A stretch of DNA of 59,522 bases, filler included, from Sphacelaria rigidula (Eukaryota), in NCBI GenBank assembly GCA_964200075.2. It is 4 parts of 4 records of this genome, joined end to end, with 100 filler letters (N's around TTAATTAATTAA, not from the genome) between each part and the next. Parts side by side here need not be neighbours in the genome. Positions count along the whole stretch, not along the records: positions 44,719 to 59,522 come from CAXNAA020002039.1; 3 more parts are not named here. One strand, written 5' to 3'. The notes beneath the pieces are model-generated. The model had not been told where the DNA came from and searched no databases. It saw only the letters and a list, made by a program, of their open reading frames with translations. How positions within the stretch are numbered: position 1 is the first letter of the stretch; the number at the start of each line of letters is the position of its first letter. This document shows positions 44,719 through 56,013 of the stretch, piece after piece. Made by a program: the position numbers and the translations under genes.

Positions 44719-45000
44719 GGGATGCGTGGTCAATGGTCAAACGACTAAGGCAAGCAACAAATGAGTACGCCCCCCCCCCTAATTCCGCCGCACATGCCAC
44801 CCTCAACTCTCTACACTTCGTAGCTGACGGGAGTTTGGTATTTCGTTTGATAGGAACTTGTCAGATCGCAGTGTTACGTGTGTGAAAGACGCGCGTTGAT
44901 TTGCAGATTACCACGATGTGTCACAGTAGGCACAACTCGCGATATATCATCAGTTAGAACTGGCTGAAGGGAAGTCCGCTTCTTAGGCGGCCCAGCCTGT

Positions 45001-45123
45001 ACAACGAGCAATGACTCGAGTGCTCGCCCTGTTATTTTTTTCCCACAATGAGCAATGACTCCAGTGTTCGCCCTATTATTTTTTTTCCCAGAACAAGGAA
45101 TGACTCGAGTGCTCGCCCTATTA
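45001..45123. repeat. Tandem array 1 of a 44-45 bp palindromic unit (3 copies)
   Basis: acaacgagcaatgactcgagtgctcgccctattatttttttccc at 45001, 45045, 45090. Confidence 0.9.
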
Positions 45124-46149
45124 AAACCCCTTTGTGACCGACCCCCCCACTAACACGGGGTTGACCATGTGTTAGTAAAAGGATAAAAGTAAGTCAGAGA
45201 GCGACCTGCCCAATCAAGGCGAGGCGAAATTCATCGACTAGACCCGAACGACCAGCGCGTGGACTGTTGCGAGTGTGACGTCACTGCAAAGATCGTGTGG
45301 GGGCCCTATCCCTGGCCCAGGTAAGCCTTCCTAGGTTTCTAAGGCCTGGATGCCCGGAGCATGGCTTATCGTATTACTTGCAGTCAGGATAGCGTTCTCG
45401 GGGTTTCCCAGGAGTTTTTTCGAGCCGCCAGCCTGTACTAGAGCCTTATACTAACACAGGGTGGAGTGGGAAAACCGGGGAAAATAGTACATGCCACAAT
45501 GATGTCATTTTCACGAGGCACGAAACCCAGGTGGGCAGTGGAAGGACAAAGGAGCTATCGTCATGATTCTGCTATCCCTTTGCCGATGACTTGCAGAACA
45601 TTGTGAACATGTATGTAGTTGGCGAGGATGAACAATCTGTGTATGGGCAGCTGATCTCCGTCGCTGAGAACTGCCCAGAACGTGCAAGGGAGTATGCAGC
45701 GGCAGCTGCTGCTGCGGTCGGAGAGGCGTACTGCACTGTACTGTACACAGTATGTATGTGCGCCGCAACGCCCATACCATTCGAAGAGAATTTGTCGCAT
45801 GCAACAAGGAGGGAAATGGCGCCCCACCCCGACCACAGGGCTGTGTGGTAAGGTGACAAGGACAATGATATCATCCCAAAGCCACACGTGGTGGCCGACC
45901 GGCCGGCCGGTCGCCGCATCCTGTTAAAAGCTCTCTACGGCGACACATACTGCTTGCTACATCAGATTTACATTTCCTACTGTACACCCTGCACCTTAAA
46001 ATAGGTCGGATGAAACTTCCTGTCTTCTTCATAACCCTGCGGTTACATACGGGGGTTTTCAGCAACATGCCACTGTTTCGTGCAGACGACAGGCACGTCA
46101 TTCCTAACAAGCCTCATTGGTCGTTCTAGAGGCCCGGTCCCAAAGGGGT

Positions 46150-46330
46150 AATTTTTTTCCACAACGAGCATGACTCGAGTGCTCGCCCTATGAAGTTTTT
46201 TTTCCATAACGAGCAATGACTCGAGTGCTCACCCTATTAGTTTGTTTCTACAACGAGCAAGGACTCGAGTGCTCGCCCTATTAGTTTGTTTCCACAGTGA
46301 GCAGTGACTCGAGTGCTCGCGCTATTAATT
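46150..46330. repeat. Tandem array 2 of the same 44-45 bp unit (4 copies)
   Basis: Units at 46161, 46206, 46250, 46294. Confidence 0.9.
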
Positions 46331-46397
46331 TCTACGGCAAACGAGCGGCCCAACAAGTGCGAGTGCCACGAGTCACACTCGTGCTCGTTCGACGTAT

Positions 46398-46582
46398 GCA
46401 ACTTTGCATTTCCCGCTGACCGCACTTTCATGTTTGGCCAAAGACGGGTTTTCAACAAAAAACTGTCAAGCGATCAAAGAACAGGGAAAATTATTATCAC
46501 CTGACCGTTTTTTATTGAAAATCCGTGTTGAACCTCATATGGCCAAAAGCGAAAGTGCGACCAGCGGGAAATGCAAAGTTGC
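46398..46582. repeat. Small inverted-repeat element (about 43-bp arms)
   Basis: gcaactttgcatttcccgctgaccgcactttc...tggcca versus tggcca...gaaagtgcgaccagcgggaaatgcaaagttgc. Confidence 0.8.
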
Positions 46583-46799
46583 CCTAGAACGGCCTCAACG
46601 AGTAGAGCAAGTTATTCCAAGGCATCAACATCCGTCTAGCCCTCTTTTCGGGCGTGAATCGACGGAGAAGGGCCCAGAAAGCAGTTTCCGACAGGAATTT
46701 TGAATGGCTCCCATTAGATTTGGCCTTGGACCGTGTTATATGGCAGTCACAAATATCTATACGCTGATCGGGGGACATATCTGGAGACGCATTATATGG

Positions 46800-49700
46800 A
46801 CCCCAGTTTGGTCCAAATGGGGGAAGCTCAGATTCGTTCGTCACGATTTGAGAACAGTTTTACACGAGTCTGAGCGCAGATCCGTGGAAAATCGAGGTCC
46901 CCCGATCCTGATGATAGTGACGAACATATGTTGATGTACGATGTTATGGCAACAGGCGTTTGATATCCTTGCAACAGCAGCAGCAGTCTCATGACAGCAC
47001 AGACTATGCCTGCGAGCGCCAGCAGCTCCGCACGGGGTTTGGCGAGCAGATAAGAAGTGTCGACGTCGTATCCTGCAGCAAAATGTTTTGTGCTGCACTC
47101 TACTGCTGTATGCACCATCATAATGAACGATACTGTACAATCCCACACTGCTGTCGCTGTACTTGCAGGGTAATAGATGACACTGCACTCGTGAACTCCT
47201 GTCGCACACTGTGCACTATTTCTCGCAATACCGACTGTACTATCATGTGTTGCCACACGGCATTATCGTGTACTGTGATTGTAGAGTGTACTGCACTGCA
47301 TTATAACCTAGGATACGACGATAAGAGGCTGCTCTCGAAGGATGATTCGGTGCCGGCGTGTTATTAGGCGTCACTGTGATACCACACCCGCCTTGAAAAT
47401 GACCGTCCGTGTACAGAGCAGTAGCGTTCGTTATAGTGATACATGAAGCAGCGCAGCGCAGCATAAAATATCACTATTGCCGCAGGGTACGGCGCCAGCA
47501 CTTATTATCCGCCTGTAATAACCCCGTGCGAAGTTGCTTCAGCAGCTGGTGCGGGCAGTAGGCACGCCCTGTGCTGCCACGAGACTGTCTTCTGCTGCCG
47601 TTGCAAAAGTATCAAACGCCTCGTACTCTAGCGATGTACGTCAATGCACGTAAGCCACCTCAAAAAAATTGGGGAGGAGACACGATCTCGGAACGATTTG
47701 CCCCGAATTTTTCGAAAAATCGGAAGAGACCGTTCCGAGATCGTGACCCCCCGATTTTTTCGCTCCCGATTTGGTCCAAACCCGTGTCCATACAACGCGT
47801 TCCCTGATTTCCCCCCCCCAATTTTGAAAAAATCGACATTCGTGCTTGCCATAAAAGTGGTTCATATCGTCCAAAAATCCGTTGTCAACAATAAATAAAA
47901 TAAACCCGGAGGGATATTGAAGACGTATTGAAGACGTCATTGACTGGTCGGACCTGTGCCGAACCTCTGCCGAACAGAAGTTCTTCAGGTCTAGTACGCG
48001 ACAGCCGTAATGTTTTCATCGCATTTTTCTTGAGACAGGAAGCAAACCGACCTGTGGAGCTTGACAGCCCCCCGCACACGCACTAGATCTATTCAGTGAC
48101 GCGGCGGATTTGCTCAACTCGCCACAGAAGATCCGACAAGCCCCAGAACGTTGAAGAAAACGCTTTTTTTAGTACATTTTCGCAGTTTGCAAGTGCTACG
48201 GGCTCCGTGGCACGCGTTACGGAAATCTGCCGCGACACTGAATAGTTCTCATGTGTGGGAAGCCCATGTATCACACTGCAGTCCGATCCTCTGCTTCGTC
48301 ACCGAGAAATTTGCGTTGAAAGATGAGCACAACAACTTACTGCAATAAGAGGGGCACAACAACAACAGCAGCAGCTGCTTCTATTCTCCTGTCGTCACCC
48401 CGTGCACAGGTGCACAGCTCGTTATTTCGAGTGACGCGTATAGTTGTGCTTAATACTGATTGGCTCAATAAGGTCTCATTTCTTCTGCATTCAACTGACT
48501 GTGTGGTTGGTTGGTCCATTTTCCCTGTACATTGTGCCCAAAATCGGGCCCCATTCACTGGCATAACAGTATCACAGATTTATGAAACAGTTCTGTACAC
48601 AGGCAGTCATTTTCTGCAGGAGTGTGGTACCGCGTACTCGTGCATGAAGCTGAATAGCAGGGGCAGGGGGTGAAAAATCCTTCGAGTACAGTGCCGTACC
48701 TTGGTACCCTAGGGTACTACATGATGGCACACTCGGTATTGCAAGAACAATGAACATACAGTGTACGAGAAGAGTTCAGTGCTCACAGTGCAGTGCCATA
48801 CGTCGCCCCTCAAATACAGCGACAACAGACTAGGAGAGTACAGTAGCGTTCGTTACAGTAGTGATACATGTGGCAGCGCAGCACAGCACAAAATAGTTCC
48901 ATCGCCGTACGGTACGGCATCAGCACTTATTATCCGCTTGTTAAACCCCGTGCGAAGCTGCCTCAGCAGCTGGCGCGAGCAGGCACGCCCTGCGCTGTCA
49001 CGGGACTGTGTCCTGCTGCGGTTGCAGCACAACTAAACGCCTCGTACCTCACCATTGTACGTCAATGCACGTACGTTACCTCCTGGAAATTGCGGGAGTC
49101 ACGATATCGGAACTATTTCCCCCCATTTTTCCAAAAAATGGAAAAAAATCGTTCTGATATCGTGACAGTGCGATTCTTCCTCCTCCGATTTGGTCGAAAT
49201 TGGGGTCCATAAAATTGGTCTCCGACTGTTTCCCCTCGATTGAGATTATCTTTGATGGCAAAGAAAACCGATTTTTTCCCCCCCGATTTCTTCAAAATCA
49301 TGGTATCACAGATTTGTGAAACAGTTCTGTACACAGACAGGCATTTTCTGCACGACTGTGGTCTTGCGTACTCGTGCATGAAGCCATAGAGCAGGTAGGC
49401 GGTGAAAAATCCTTCGAGTACAGTGTCGTACCATGGTACTCTGGGGTAATACAGTGCAGGACACTCCTTTATGTGGTATTCTAAAATGGTACAGTCGGTA
49501 TTGCGGGAACAGTGAACAGTGCGAGAAGAGTCAAGCACTACAGTGCCATACATCACCCTGCAGCTACAGCGACAACAGACTTAGATACTGCAGTACAGTA
49601 CCGCTCGTCGTTATAGTGATACATCTGACAGCGCATAGCAGCATAAGATATTTTACCATCGCCGCAGGGTACGGCATCGACACTTACTATCCGCTTGTCA

Positions 49701-51195
49701 AATCCCGTGTGAAGCTGCTTCAGCAGCTGGCGCCCTGCGTTGTCACGGGACTGTCTTCCGCTGCGGTTACAACAATATCAAACGCTCCTCACTCTATCGT
49801 GGTACGTTGATGCACGCACGTCACCTCCTCAAAATCGGGGTTTCACGATCCCAGATATTCCCCGTCATTTTGTTTCCCCCGGTTTTTTGAGAAAACGGGA
49901 TATCTGAAATCGTAAAATGACGATTTGGTCCAAGTCGGGGGCCGTAAAAGGTGTTCCCCATTTTATTTTTCTCCGATACTCGAAAAATCGAGATCAGCCA
50001 CCACCATTGGAGATTCGTTTGTCATGATTCAAGCACGGTCTTCCCCGAGTCTGTAGGAAGTGACGTATGTACATTGACGTACGGTGTAGGGGCAACAGGC
50101 GTTTGATATTTTTGCAACCGCAGTACCAGACAGTCTCGTGACAGCGCAGGCCGTGCCTGGCAGCACCAGCCGCTGGAGCAGCTTTGCACGAGGATCAGCA
50201 AGCGGATAAGAAATATTGACGCGATTCCCTGCGTCGATGGTATTTTTTCATGCTTCACTCCGCTGCTGTATATATCATAATAACGAACGGTACTGTACTA
50301 TCCTACTCTCTGCCATCGCTGAACTCGCAGGGTGATGAATGGCATTGCAATCGTGAAGTCTCGTCGCACACTGTTGCGGGCTGTCCTTCCAATGCCGACT
50401 GTACCATAATGTATTATCACGGACATCATCGTCTCCTGTTATGCCCGTGAATGAAGGCCCTAGCAAACAGAAATTCGTGGGCAAAATATATCCGAAAGAA
50501 ACACGGAGGAAAAATGAAGACGTCATTGACTGGTCGGACCTGTGCCACACCTCCGCTGAACAGAACGCACGCTCCATCCCAAGTTACCTAGGTCCAGTAT
50601 GTGATCGCTGTGATTTTTTCATCGCCTCGTTATCGAGACAGGAAGCAAACTGGTCTGTGCCACTTCAAAACCGCCCGCGAACACGCTAGACCGAGGAAAA
50701 CATTGAGCAGATTTTCTCACGTCGCCACAGCGGACCCAAGAAGTTCCAAAACGTTGAAGGAAACGCGTTCTCAGGTACACTTGAGCGGTTTGCAGAGTTC
50801 TGCGGCCTCTGCGGTACGCGTTCCGGAAGCCCGGCGCATCAGGAACTAGATTGGGTGTGTGGAAAGCGCACGCATTAAAGCCCTTTCCAATCCTCTGCTT
50901 GGTTGCCGAGTTAGCCGCGTTGAAAGATAGGCACAGCAGCATACTGCAACAAGGGGGGCGCAACAACACGAGCAGCAGCTTCTATCCTCCTGTTCTTGTA
51001 ACCCTGTGTACAGGTGTAACGCAATAGTACATTTGGTATGAGCGTGGTCGTCATTCGAGTTACGCGTCTAGTTGTGACGATGATTGGCTCAGGTAGGTTT
51101 CATTTCTTCTGCATTCAACTGACTGTGTAGTTGGTCGGTCCATTTTCCCGATAAACAGTGCCTAAAATCGGGCCCCATTCACGAGCATAACAGTA
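46800..51195. repeat. Composite domain of diverged direct and inverted repeats (modules of 400-700 bp)
   Basis: Module A at about 47930-48571 and 50517-51195; module B forward at about 47410, 48572, 49306 and inverted at about 46920-47340 and 50060-50420. Confidence 0.8.
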
Positions 51196-51225
51196 CCTAA
51201 CAGCTCTGTAACTTCTCCAAGACTT

Positions 51226-51640
51226 TCATACCCTTACCCGATACTTCTGCGATTTCTGTAAGCCTCCCGTACCGTTACCGGGAGCACAGGTATGCTCTTG
51301 ATGAGATACCCGGTCGCGGGTACGGTTTCCTGTGCAATCTCCACTTCCTACCCGACAGTTTCTGTGAGTTCTGCATGCGTCCCATACCCTTACGTGACAG
51401 TTCTGATTTCTGTATGAAATTGCTATCGTCACCCGGGGCGCGGGTGCACCCTTCAAGACATATCTCGTCGCCGGCACTATTTTTGGTAAGCATCCCTCAC
51501 ACTACTCGACATATTTTGTGGATTCCGTAGGCCTCTTATACCTTACCCGAAAAGTTCTGTGACATCTCCAAGACTGTCGTACCGGTGCCCGATATTTCTG
51601 TTAGTTTTGTAAGCGATCTCGTACCATGCGCAACATATTC
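51226..51640. repeat. Degenerate minisatellite-like repeat (cccttacccga...ttctgtga.ttctgt)
   Basis: Motif recurs about 5 times. Confidence 0.6.
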
Positions 51641-53940
51641 ATACCCTACAAAACACATGCTCACAATCTTCAAACATTTGAAAATGAGTCTTCGGCCAGT
51701 CCCTTCACATTCTACAGCGCCCAAGATTGACGCAAAACACTGACGGCCCCACAAGCGGTGCTCTGTCGTTTGCTATACGGGTTAGTGTACCCAACGTTAG
51801 CTCTGAGCGTCGCCGTGCCCGCGGTATGGTTGCGGTTGCGGGGTTGGACTTGCAGTCGCTATTGGGCTTGGCTTGCTCCTACATCAAGCACGGCTTTAGA
51901 TACGGGGCAGGAGACAAGGTAGTACTATCGTCGTCGTTGTTTGTTGTTTTACGATACTGGACGGAGCAATCCCGAGAAAAGGGTTATACCTGCATCATTG
52001 CTGCTGGCTTCCCCTGGTCGGCCGTCGTGCTGTTGTTCTGAAAGGCTCATGTTGATTGGTGCCGTACTGATTGTACCCACACGATGCCCATCGACTTGCC
52101 AGTGTTGGCGCATCTCGCGGTACAGATACAGTCTGTACCGCGACAGAGAGTTGTTGAGGTATACAGTGGCCCAGATGACCAAGCACTTTGAACACTGGTC
52201 ATCAGACAGCTAACGTGGACATATATTTCCCTTGCGTGTGCAACACCGTGTGCTAGGGCGCCGCCTTCTTTCGAGGGGTATACCGTACGCCTGCGTCATG
52301 ACTTAGTTATTATGAAAATATTATCGATACTGGCCGCATGTCTTTCTTCCAGCCCCCCTGCTGGTGTCGTGGGCTGTAGCAAGCTAATGGATGGAAGTTA
52401 TGCTCAGACCAGGCGTGGACAACAAACGTTCAAATCATTACAACCTTGTTGAGCTCTCTAGGGCACATAATGCTGGAGAAAGTCGCGTGTATCCGCTAAA
52501 AACCGGGGATAATCCTGAGAAAAATAATGCAAAACATCGAAATAAAACTGGCTTCAATTTAAGTATGATACACAACCCGTATACCTATGAAGTCGGTGAC
52601 AGGAAGCCGCGATATTCGTCATCACGGAAAAGCTCAGATGAGCGTAAGAAGAACTAAAAAAAAATCACCACTGAGTCTAGCACACACTGTTGAACATGCG
52701 CCAAATTTGGAATGTCCGTAAGAGGAACCGCTGTGTATGCAGAACCCCGAGCCCATCACGCCCCAAGCGGCAGTGCCAGAGCTGCGGAGTGCCTCGTACT
52801 CATCAATCTTCAAGATGGCTGCACGAAGCACCCCGCAGCACAAACGTTCAGCAGTCATTCGAGGGGTGTGTGTCCGAGCTGTCTGGAAAACTCGAGCCTC
52901 CGGCAGACCCGAGCAAACATTGTTGGCGTTTGAAGACTTGCTTGTGAGCATACGCAGCGAACGCACCCTCTCAACATTACCGTGATGCCTTCGTAGGATG
53001 GGACTGTGGAGGGTACAGACAGAGGCACAGACTTTCTCACATGCATGTCAACTCTAAGGTGACCATATCTGATCCGGGCTTGAGTCTCGCGCGTCCATTT
53101 TCGGACCGGTTCGGGAACACAGATCACGTAAAAAACAAGTCGATTATGCAAGGAGTGGCATTTCTCTCAGGCCATACATGAGCCTCATTTTTTCCCGGTA
53201 GACCCACGGTTGATGGGGACGCCCTCTGAATCCAAGTAATCAGGCTTCCAGACGTATCTGACTTCTGAAAACATAATTGTTTCCATCTTGATAGAGCACG
53301 TGAGGTGCGCAAGAATGTACACTGTTTCAGAGAGATTGGCGCTAGTTTACCGGGAGTGAGTAGATCGAACTAATATTGCGAATCAAATGTCAGCAATGAA
53401 GGACCTGACCTCTGGAGTTTGCTGGAGACCAGGTCGCTCTCTGTAGGAAGGGAAATGATGTAGGTTAAACATCAGCACACCTCACCAGTCGGTTGTAAAA
53501 AATAATGCGGTGGCTCGTACAGCAGAGGGCCATATTGCTTCTGCAGTGCTTTTCGGCCACTTTGGATATAATGTTTCTGCCGGTCCAATTTCGGGTAGGA
53601 GGAGGTACATCGTGATATATCTGTCACCCCTGCGATCGTGCGTAACATATTGGTGCTTTGCCCTCCCGTGCGTTGCGACTGGAGAGAAACTATCCCAGTT
53701 TTGTGAGTGTGCATGTATGATATGCGACACAAAATATATACATGAGGATGGAAGGCCAACGAGTTATGGGTATACTCCAATCAACATATTTTGTTGAAGA
53801 ATATTCTTGTAAGAAGGGTTTTTATCATGGGAGCCTGGTTACTTGGAAATATGACGAGCAAAAAGTACCAAGGAGGCCATCGTATCAGAGAGTGGCTGCG
53901 TCTAGTGTTGGGCGGGTGAGTGATGCGATGCATTTATCGC

Positions 53941-54250
53941 CGCGCCCCGGTGGTCTAGTTGGTAGCGCTGACATCAACGACATCCTGAGAATGCGTGCTC
54001 GACTCTCGGTGGGCGTATTTGGCTTTTTTCCAAGAGACGAATCTGATTTACGCTGTTGGAAACTTACGGACGAGAGTAGCACCAACCGTTTCGGCGACGA
54101 CAGTCGCCGCCGTGCGGGAGTTCTGATCCAATCCGCGATATCAAGATGCTAGGTGTGTACCAAGGGAGAGACGGGTCAATCCCGCAAGACGACAGACTCG
54201 TCCCGAGAGCGAGGAAAGGTTGACAGTTTGAAAGCAAAATGAAAAGGACG
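53941..54250 (+). mobile_element. tRNA-headed SINE-like element sharing the family A core
   Basis: cgcgccccggtggtctagttggt head, degenerate B box, core gtgcgggag..tgatccaatcc...ggagaga.ggg..atccc...tcgtcccgag. Confidence 0.6.
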
Positions 54251-54832
54251 TCGCAGTGTACTATCCCCTGCTTTTCCTCAACGAGCGACGTGCGTTGTTG
54301 CGAGTTAATCTTTTGCCATCCGAGAGAAGCGTACGACCCACATAAATGCTGCGCAGTGACATTTCTATCGAAAATATATGGTTGTATCTTCATGGCTGAA
54401 CGCATTGTGGAGCGATCACCACGCAAGGTTGCGTCGCCCCCTGTGCCCAGCCGCTCGCAGTCTACGCCTCCACGCAGTGCACATCGATCAAGACCAGCAC
54501 CGTGCGTATCCAGAGGTGTTGATCATTTTTCAATACAGGGCGGACGCTCAACCTAGTCGTGTGCGATGGGTGTACTCCACCCAAAACAATGTTGGACGCT
54601 AGCCACCAACGCGAAGAAACAATCGTGCTCATTGCCTGACGTTTTCACTGAATGTATGTGGGCCAGGCTACCCACCTGCAAGGGTGTGAGCCCCCGCTTT
54701 TGCCGTTTGACCACGGTCTAGGCTACATGAATGATGCACAACTGGCACGCCGAAAACACATGCATGTCTAAATAAATCAGTCATGCTTCCTACCCCGTTC
54801 TTGTATTTCGTGTAATTATATGGGCGGGGCTA

Positions 54833-56013
54833 CGAGCTGGGCCAGCCTAAGAACGGATTTCAGCTCTCAGAGCGATATCTCGACGACACAGACGAGTTGG
54901 GCCGTGATCCGCACGTCGTTTTAATCGTCTAATCAAGGGGAAGGTGCCCATCTGCTAAAAAATCTGGGCCATTTTCTTCTCGTTGATTGAACCCCATGTC
55001 TAGGTAATTCCTATGCCTGGCGGAGAGAGCGCCCATACTAAAATTTACATGGAACTCCGAACGATCGATTGAGCGGATGATGGCGATTTTTGCTGTGGAC
55101 CTTTTCCTGGAGCCCGGGGAGACGATAGATACCCTCACCTTCACCTAATTCGTAATCTATCTCGAGATATGGCGCACATGAATTTCCATACTAGAATCAG
55201 TAGATTATGAGCAGATGAACTAGATGACCTAAATCTGGATATCGCGTCTCAGTTTTTGAGTTGTGCTATGAAATTTGGTATGGAGAACCGCTAGTGCATA
55301 ATGAAGTGAAAAACACAGCTTTCTCGATGTTTTTTAGTGGAGTCTTGAGGAGAAATGAACATTGCTCTTGAGCCTCATCTCAAATTTTCAGCTCAATTTT
55401 TAGAACTGTGATACAAAACTTGGCATGGAGAACTACAGAGGTATGCTGGGTAGAAGAAATTGGGCCTTCATTTTTTATTATTATTATGAGAGGTTCGGGC
55501 GTTCTTGTGAAAAAGTGGTCGTTACCATATACTGAAACGCCCTCAATCAGTGAAGAATAGAAATAAAAACCAGCCTTATCCATTTTACTTGGTTCATCAT
55601 GACCTAGCGAGGTCCCGCACAAAGTTTCAACTCACGAGCACCAAACGTGGGTCGGTAAACGGCCTGCAAAGTACTGTTCCGAATTTCCGCCGGCCCGGTT
55701 TTTTAGAGGTAAATTCGGATTTTTTTCTTGAGTTGGAAAGTGATATTTGGTATGGACAATCAACAAAGCGTGTAGAAAAGCTTTCTGTGGGGTCCCGGAG
55801 TTTTTTATTTTTCTTATGAGTTAAGGGCAATAATCAGTTTTGACGTTTCAGTAGAATGCCCTTGACTCATGAGAAAAAAAAAACGGGACCTGACGGACAG
55901 CTTTTCTACATGCCCTGTTGATTGTCCATACCAAAATTCACTCTTCAACTCCAAGAAAAAAATTGCGAATTCGCCTGCAAAGTACAAATCCGCTTGTAGG
56001 CTGGCCCAGCCTG
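54833..56013. mobile_element. TA-flanked TIR element (MITE-like) containing an internal foldback at about 55710-55975
   Basis: ta-cgagctgggccagcctaagaacggattt versus aaatccgcttgtaggctggcccagcctg-ta; a similar terminus recurs at about 44974-45001. Confidence 0.7.

Noticed and set aside
45001..46330. CRISPR array
   Set aside because: Linkers are about 14 nt, T-rich and near-identical rather than unique spacers; no cas genes; eukaryotic context.
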